Source of the DNA: the human T2T-CHM13v2.0 reference genome, Homo sapiens
Reading direction: 5' to 3' (one strand)
DNA length: 64,000 nt
Assembly: GCF_009914755.1 (NCBI RefSeq)
Contig: NC_060934.1
Shown: one piece after another, positions 53,479 to 64,000 of the stretch
Position numbering within the stretch: the first letter of the stretch is position 1
How the letters are laid out: every line of letters begins with the position of its first letter
The notes under the pieces: generated by a model
Seen by the model: the letters and a program-made list of their open reading frames with translations, nothing else
Database searches by the model: none
Told to the model about the DNA's origin: nothing
Position numbers and translations under genes: made by a program

Positions 53479-55191
53479 GCCTACCCACATCCACAGGTGC
53501 AGCTCTTCAGTCACTATCTGTTGTTGCATGCATAGTTTAATGAGAAAATTAACGATGAAATGGCTTCAGATCATGTAAAAACATTATCAGAAGACTGTGT
53601 CCTGTGCTGCTGTGTGTCAGCCACTGTGCCTGAGTTCACAAGTTCCCTCCAGCTAATGTACTTCAGGACAAAATTCATGATTCAGGTTTGTCTCCTCTTA
53701 AAAGACAAGGAGGTAGTTATCTGCAAGGAAGACAGATTAACTGATGGCAACTGACCTAGCATGATGGCTAAGTCCAGCTTAGGCCTAGAGAGGGCGTGCC
53801 AGGGACTTTTCTAAATACCTGCTACACGTGACCTCATTTAGCCATCACAATAGTCCTGTACAATAGGAATATTTTCATCCTGTTTTACACGTGAGAAACT
53901 GAGGCACAGACAAAACACAGCCCCTGCCCCAGAGTCTGAACTTTAAAGACAACAATATACAACCTATTTGTTGATCAATTAGGGAGCGGGGCTGCGAGTA
54001 CTTTGTGACTAACAATGCTTTTTTAAATTTATGACTAACGATGTCAGTCATTTACATTTGAGTCAAGATTATCTTTATGACATCTCTCTTGCTGTTATAT
54101 TCTGATGTGGATTTCTGGTTTTAAGATCATGTTGAAGAAAGAACAAATATTGAACTAACCAATTAATTTAAATCAGTGGTTCTCACACTTCACTGCACAC
54201 AGGAATCACCTGGGGTACTTTGGGGTTTTGTTTTTGAGACAGTCTCACTCTGTCACTCAGTGTTGGAGTGCATTTTTCTAAAATGTAGATTACTGAGGCA
54301 TAATCTCAGAGATTCAGTAAATGTTCCCTCACAGCTTGGAATTTATATATTTTTAAACATTTCAAAAGTTTCTGATACAGGTGCCCTGGTACATATTAAG
54401 CGCAATGTAAGGTTTTGGAAAAACTGCTTCTGAATGATCTCCCTGAGCCTCCCCAGCTCCCACCAAGTCAGGATAAGGCACACACAAAACTCCTCACTTA
54501 TTCAGTCAAAGCACTTACTACACTGTATGGTGATTGCCTATTTACTTATGTGTGTTTCCTTCTAGACAGCGAGGTCTTTAACATCAAGGTTGTGCCTCCA
54601 TCATTGCCTTACCACTCCCGCCGACCCACGTCCACAGGTGCAGCTCCTCAGTCGCTATCTGTTGTTGCATGCAGCTTAATGAGAACATTAATGATGAAAT
54701 GGCTTCAGATCATGTAAAATCATTATCAGATGAATGTGTTTAAAATCCAGAGTGCCTTATTTAGTTGAATATCTGAGTTCGAGATCAGTCTGGCCAACAC
54801 AGTGAAACCCCGTCTCTACTAAAAATACAAATATCTATCTGTTGTTGTATCCATAGTTTAATGAGAAAATTAATGATGAAATGACTTCAGATCATGTAAA
54901 AACATTATCAGATGAATGAGTTTAAAATCCAGAGTGCCTTATTTACTTGAATATCTGCAGGCAGTAGGAGAAAAAAAATTAGAAAAAAATTACAGCATAA
55001 GCTAAGTTCAGCATTGAAGGACACAGACAGAGCATTTCAGCAGAAGCTCTTACAGAGCAGAAAAAAATAGGCAGCAGTCTCAGCATTGGTAAGGGATGTC
55101 TCCTCCTACCAGCAAGAGACTGTCAGCAGCCCCGGGGGGCAGACTGTGTCCTGTGCTGCTGTGTGTCAGCCCCTGTGCCTGAGTTCACAAG
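53479..55191 (+). repeat. Local mosaic repeats: unit X at 53479-53591, 54620-54775 and 54835-54957; unit Y at 53592-53642 and 55141-55191; Alu fragment at 54775-54831
   Basis: CTATCTGTTGTTG..GATGAAATG(G/A)CTTCAGATCATGTAAAA..CATTATCAGA occurs three times; AGACTGTGTCCTGTGCTGCTGTGTGTCAGCC.CTGTGCCTGAGTTCACAAG occurs twice (50/51 identical). Confidence 0.95.
54174..54430. mobile_element. MER5-like hAT element containing a ~45-bp antisense Alu 3' fragment (~54226-54272)
   Basis: CAGTGGTTCTCACACTT..GAATCACCTGGGG..[TTTTGAGACAGTCTCACTCTGTCAC..TGGAGTGCA]..AAATGTAGATT..CAGAGATTC. Confidence 0.7.
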
Positions 55192-55325
55192 GAGGTGATT
55201 GCTGATTGACCAGAAAATTGGCACATCTGAAATATGATAACTGAGTATATTGGTTTTCTATCAGTGAGTGTGTTTGAGGGTGGCAGAAATTTGTCATTGC
55301 TTGGAGTCTTTATACTAATAACCTA

Positions 55326-55685
<360 letters not shown>

Positions 55686-55899
55686 AAGGAAATGTTAAAA
55701 TTAAATTGTTTGTTGATTCAATTATGTCCATCTAATATTAGCTAAATACCTATTGAAGTGTTTGTCCTTTCATTTAGGAACACAAAGCTCACTTCAGTTT
55801 TCATGGAAGTGAAAACAGATTACCCCGATTGTAGTAGTGCCTGAGCCAACCCCAGTTGCTTCATGAGTTCTACTTGCGAAGTTGCACCATCTTCCCTGA

Positions 55900-56821
<922 letters not shown>

Positions 56822-57706
56822 AAATTAATCTTTTTTTAATTAGAAATACTATTTAATGCTGCTAAATTTCTTTTTGCTGGCATTTGAATTTTGATATTAA
56901 CTAACCCTATACCTGTCTGTGTCCCTCACCCAAAACAAGGAATAGTGATTAAACCGTTCCTCAACCCATCCCTGAATCTCCGATCAAGGTGATTTTGAGC
57001 ATTCAATGACTGTGAAGGCTCCAACTAGGTTAGTTATTCTGTAACACTAAAGACTAATATAGGTAGGAAAGGTCCCAAAGACTCACTTTGTTTCTTTTTG
57101 CTTTAAATTCAGTGGTTTTATTTTCTCTCAGTTTCAGTGTCATTTCTACCTTCACCTCTCAGATCTTCGTCCTAATGCCCATGGTCTTCCTACACCAAGA
57201 CTCTTTTCACAATAACATATTGACTCCAAATTATTTTGCATTTTGGAGAAAGGGTGATATTCCATAAATAAAGCAATAAATAAGGAAAAATACTGTGACG
57301 TCTCAAAGTAACCTCAGCCAGCCAAAGTAAATGCTTCATAGGGTAATTGTGAACAACCCATGAGATAATTTGTATGAAGTGTCTAGCACAGCCCCAGGCA
57401 TTTAGCAGGTGCTCAGTAAAGACTTGTTGAATAATTAAGTCTCAGGAAAATTTGATAAGCAAAGACTTGACTCTATTTTCACCATGACAAAGGAGACCCA
57501 AGCTCTTAATCACAGGGAAAGTCACAACAAGACTCTCCTTGGTCACTCTTTCATTAAATTTTAGATTTATTTTTTCTTCTGGAATAGCTTTCCTCCTGTA
57601 AGAAGCACATTTAGTGTTATTCCATTATGCCAAGAAATTTGAGCCAGCAATTTTCAGAGTAAACTGTGACTCAGGACTAACTGCAACTCGTGAATTTTGA
57701 CCCCAG

Positions 57707-57831
57707 GTTCTTCCTGAGACTAGGACCCAACAGTATGGCCACCGACGATGTGATGCATTTCAATGATTCAAAATGCGTGCTTGCAAGTCATGATGTTGTG
57801 GAACTTGTTCCCGCCATTATAGTAATGCCAG
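57707..57831 (+). other. Candidate 125-bp plus-strand exon, open frame FFLRLGPNSMATDDVMHFNDSKCVLASHDVVELVPAIIVMP
   Basis: Branch-like GACTAAC at 57675-57681, acceptor TTTTGACCCCAG|G, donor CAG|GTAATG, ATG at 57735 in AGTATGG context. Confidence 0.25.
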
Positions 57832-58324
57832 GTAATGCCCTGGTGCACAGTAGCATTTATTAGCCATTCCCCATAAGAGAGTTAAGAGTAATCAAATGTT
57901 CTTGTGTCAGCACATAAAACAAATGCCTGCAGAAGCAGAGAGCAATCTTCTTTCCATGGTACAATTACTGTACAATTTTCTGGTTGTCTTTAATATTGGA
58001 GTTTTGAGGAACTGTTGATTCTAGGGACAGAAAGAACTGCATAACTGGATGAGGCAACTTTAACTCCAAATAATGCACACCTCAACAAAACTGGCAAGTC
58101 CACCTCCCCACTTGGCCACAGAATCTCTGCGTGCTAGTCTCCAAAGGACTAAAGATATATTTTCACGGTTCCCAACCTTTTTTTAAAAAATCGATAAAAG
58201 ACTAAAAATTAATCTTGGATAGATTCTTTTTATATGCAAAATAGGCACAAGATAAGCACTCCATTGAAGCTCTGAACTTTCATTTTAGTTCCTCCAGCTA
58301 CTAAATTTTGAAATATAAAATTAA

Positions 58325-59355
58325 GAGGGTGGAGCCAAGATATCCGAACAGGAACAGCTCCAGTCTACAGCTCCCAGCGTGAGCCATGCAGAAGACGGGT
58401 GATTTCTGCATTTCCAACTGAGGTACCGGGTTCATCTCACTGGGGAGTGCCGGACAGTCAGTGGGTGCAGGACAGTAGGTGCAGCGCACCGTGCGTGAGC
58501 TGAAGGAGGGCAAGGCATCGCCTCACCCGGGAAATGCAAGGGGTCAGGGAATTCCCTTTTCTAGTCAAAGAAAGGGGTGACAGACGGCACCTGGAAAATC
58601 GGGTCACTGCCACCCTAATACTGCACTTTTTCAAGGGGCTTAACAAATGGCACACCAGGAGATTATATCCTGCACATGGCTCGGAGGGTCGTACGCCCAT
58701 GGAGCCTCGCTCATTGCTAGCACAGCAGTCTGAGATCAAACTGCAAGGCAGCAGCGAGGCTGGGGGAGGGGCGCCTGCCATTGCCAAGGCTTGAGTAGGT
58801 AAACAAAGCAGCCAGGCAGCTCGAACCGGGTGGAGCCCACCACAGCTCAAGGAGGCCTGCCTGCCTCTGTAGGCTCCACCTCTGGGGGCAGGGCACAGAC
58901 AAACAAAAGGCAGCAGTAACCTCCGCAGACTTAAATGTCCCTGTCTGACAGCTTTGAAGAGAGTAGTGGTTCTCCCAGCATGCAGCTTGAGATCTGAGAA
59001 TGGGCAGACTCCCTCCTCAAGTGGGTCCCTGACCCCCAAGTAGCCTAACTGGGAGGCACCCCCCAGTAGGGGCGGACTGACAACTCACACAGCCGGGTAC
59101 TCCTCTGAGACAAAACTTCCAGAGGAACGATCAGGCACAGCATTTGCGGTTCACCAATACCCGCTGTTCTTTAGCCACCGCTACTGATACCCAGGCAAAC
59201 AGGGTCTGGAGTGGACTTCCAGCAAACTCCAACAGACCTGCAGCTGAGAGTCCTGACTGTTAGAAGGAAAACTAACAAACAGAAAGGACATCCACACCAA
59301 AAAGCCATCTGTACGTCACCATCATCAAAGACCAAAGGTAGATAAAATCACAAAG
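58325..59355. promoter_or_regulatory. L1 5'UTR internal sense promoter and antisense promoter
   Basis: Complete CpG-containing 5'UTR; YY1 motif mutated (CAAGATATCC versus CAAGATGGCC); activity cannot be shown from sequence. Confidence 0.75.
58458..58781 (-). CDS. ORF0: L1 antisense ORF0-like ORF, 107 aa, uninterrupted
   Basis: MAGAPPPASLLPCSLISDCCAS.. within track ORF 58458-59039; ATG in GCAATGG context; donor-like sites 106 nt (CAT|GTGCAG) and 191 nt (CAG|GTGCCG) after the ATG. Confidence 0.7.
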   Translation of the reverse strand: MAGAPPPASLLPCSLISDCCASNERGSMGVRPSEPCAGYNLLVCHLLSPLKKCSIRVAVTRFSRCRLSPLSLTRKGNSLTPCISRVRRCLALLQLTHGALHLLSCTH

Positions 59356-61092
59356 ATGGGGAAAAAACAGAGCAGAAAAACAGGAAACTCTAAAAATCAG
59401 AGCGCCTCTCCTCCTCCAAAGGAATGCAGCTCCTCACCAGCAACAGAACAAAGCTGGATGGAGAATGACTTTGATGAGTTGAGAGAAGAAGGCTTCAGAA
59501 GATCAAACTACTCTGAGCTAAAGGAGGAAGTTCGAACCAATGGCAAAGAAGTTAAAAACCTTGAAAAAAAATTAGACGAATGGCTAACTAGAATAACCAA
59601 TGCAAAGAAGTCCTTAAAGAACTGGATGGAGCTGAAAACCAAGGCACAAGAACTACGTGATGAATGCAGAAGCCTCAGTAGCCAATGCAATCAACTAGAA
59701 GAAAGGGTATCAGCAATGGAAGACGAAATGAATGAAATGAAGCAAGAAGAGAAGTTTAGAGAAAAAAGAATAAAAAGAAATGAACAAAGCCTTCAAGAAA
59801 TATGGGACTATGTGAAAAGACCAAATCTATGTCACGTCTGATTGGTGTAACTGAAAGTGACAGGGAGAATGGAACCAAGTTGGAAAACACTCTGCAGGAT
59901 ATTATCCAGGAGAACTTCCCCAATCTAGCAAGGCAGGCCAACATTCAAATTCAGGAAATACAGAGAACACCACAAATATACTCCTCGAGATGAGCAACTC
60001 CAAGACACATAATTGTCAGATTCACCAAAGTTGAAATGAAGGAAAAAATGTTAAGGGCAGCCAGAGAGAAAGGTCGGGTTACCCACAAAGGAAAGCCCAT
60101 CAGACTAACAGCTGATCTCTCAGCAGAAACTCTACAAGCCAGAAGAGAGTGGGGGCCAATATTCAACATTCTTAAAGAAAAGAATTTTCAACCCAGAATT
60201 TCATATCCAGCCAAACTAAGCTTCATAAGTGAAGGAGTAATAAAATACTTTACAGACAAGCAAATGCTGAGAAATTTTGTCACCACCAGGCCTGCCCTAA
60301 AAGAGCTCCTGAAGGAAGCACTAAACATGGAAAGGAACAACCAGTGCCAGCCACTGCAAAAACATGCCAAATTGTAAAGACCATCAAGGTTAGGAAGAAA
60401 CTGCATCAACTAATGAGCAAAATAACCAGCTAACATCATAATGACAGGATCAAATTCACACATAACAATACTAACCTTAAATGTAAATGGACTAAATGCT
60501 CTAATTAAAAGACACAGACTGGCAAATTGGATAAAGAGTCAAGACCCGTCAGTGTGCTGTATTCAGGAAACCCATCTCACATGCACAGACACACATAGGC
60601 TCAAAATAAAGGGACGGAGTAAGATCTACCAAGCAAATGGAAAACAAAAAAATGCAGGGGTTGCAATCCTAGTCTCTGATAAAACAGACTTTAAACCAAC
60701 AAAGATCAAAAGAGACAAAGAAGGCCATTACATAATGGTAAAGGGATCAATTCAACAAGAAGAGCTAACTATCCTAAATATATATGCACCCAATACAGGA
60801 GCACCCAGATTCATAAGCAAGTCCTTAGTGACCAACAAAGAGACTTAGATTCCCACACAATAATAATGGGAGACTTTAACAACCCACTGTCAACATTAGA
60901 CAGATCAACGAGACAGAAAGTTAACAAGGATATCCAGGAATTGAACTCAGCTCTGCACCAAGCGGACCTAATAGACATCTACAGAACTCTCCACCCCAAA
61001 TCAACAGAATATGCATTCTCTTCAGCACCACACCACACCTATTCCAAAATTGACCACATAGTTTGAAGTAAAGCACCCCTCAGCAAATGTAA

Positions 61093-61530
<438 letters not shown>

Positions 61531-61625
61531 TGATTTTTTGAAAAGATCAACAAAACTGATAGACCACTAGCAAGACCAATAAAGAAGAAAAGAGAGAAGA
61601 ATCAAATAGACGCAATAAAAAATGA

Positions 61626-62167
<542 letters not shown>

Positions 62168-62369
62168 TGAAAATCAACAAATGTAATCCAGCATATAAAC
62201 AGAACCAAAGACAAAAACCACATGATTATCTCAATAGATGCAGAAAAGGTCTTTGGCAAAATTCAACAACCCTTCATGCTAAAAACTCTCAATAAATTAG
62301 GTATTGATGGGATGTACCTCAAAATAATAAGAGCTATCTATGACAAATCCACAGCCAGTATCATACTGA

Positions 62370-62852
<483 letters not shown>

Positions 62853-62855
62853 TAG

Positions 62856-63572
<717 letters not shown>

Positions 63573-64000
63573 TGACAAAGGGCTAATATCCAGAATCTAC
63601 AATGAACACAAACAAATTTACAAGAAAAAAACAAACAACCCCATCAACAAGTGGGTGAAGAATATGAACAGACACTTCTCAAAAGAAGACATTTATGCAG
63701 TCAAAAGAGACATGAAAAAAATGCTCCTCATCACTGGCCATCAGAGAAATGCAAGTCAAAACCACAATGAGATACCATCTCACACCAGTTAGAATGGCGA
63801 TCATTAAAAAGTCAGGGAACAACAGGTGCTGGAGAGGATGTGAAGAAATAGGAACAGTTTTACACTGTTGGTGGTACTGTAAACTGGTTCAACCACTGTG
63901 GAAGACAGTGTGGCGATTCCTCAGGGATCTAGAACTAGAAACACCATTTGACCCAGCTATCCTATTACTGGCTATATACCCAAAGGATTATAAATCATGC

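Noticed and set aside
52811-53535. 154-aa and 138-aa ORFs
   Set aside because: They lie over an MLT1 LTR, with no splice or homology support.
53479-55191. CRISPR-like or satellite array
   Set aside because: Units are 50-150 bp, irregularly spaced and nested, in primate DNA with no cas genes; local duplication explains them better.
58782-59039. 193-aa antisense protein starting at 59039
   Set aside because: The start is a non-ATG codon and the first in-frame ATG is ORF0 at 58781; the upstream part probably extends beyond the antisense transcription start region.

Overview
AT-rich, repeat-dense primate genomic DNA, probably human or another great ape, because one L1 carries the ape-specific ~129-bp 5'UTR deletion. 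No host protein-coding gene can be named; almost every ORF in the track comes from L1, Alu, THE1 or MLT sequence. Contents: five large, all-disabled L1PA elements (an old L1PA10/11-like copy holding a THE1 provirus and lacking its RT core; an L1PA3/2-like copy integrated from a spliced RNA, SpIRE97/622; a twin-primed 5'-inverted copy; a 2-kb copy fused head-to-head to a short fragment of an older L1; and an L1PA4-6-like copy with a complete 5' end and open antisense ORF0), a second THE1 provirus, a THE1 solo LTR, a 5'-truncated MER4 provirus, eight Alus plus two Alu fragments, MER85, MER20 and old MIR/L2/L1M/MLT relics. The best-supported unusual signals are the spliced L1 and several local copy-paste scars: a ~300-bp inverted duplication, a 135-bp templated insertion into MER20, and a multi-template mosaic at 53.5-55.5 kb. 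The most exciting but unproven idea is an L1 antisense-promoter/ORF0 transcript splicing into minus-strand cryptic exons at 52.1, 44.6 and 28.7 kb. Repeat subfamily names come from my recall of consensus sequences and need RepeatMasker/Dfam confirmation.
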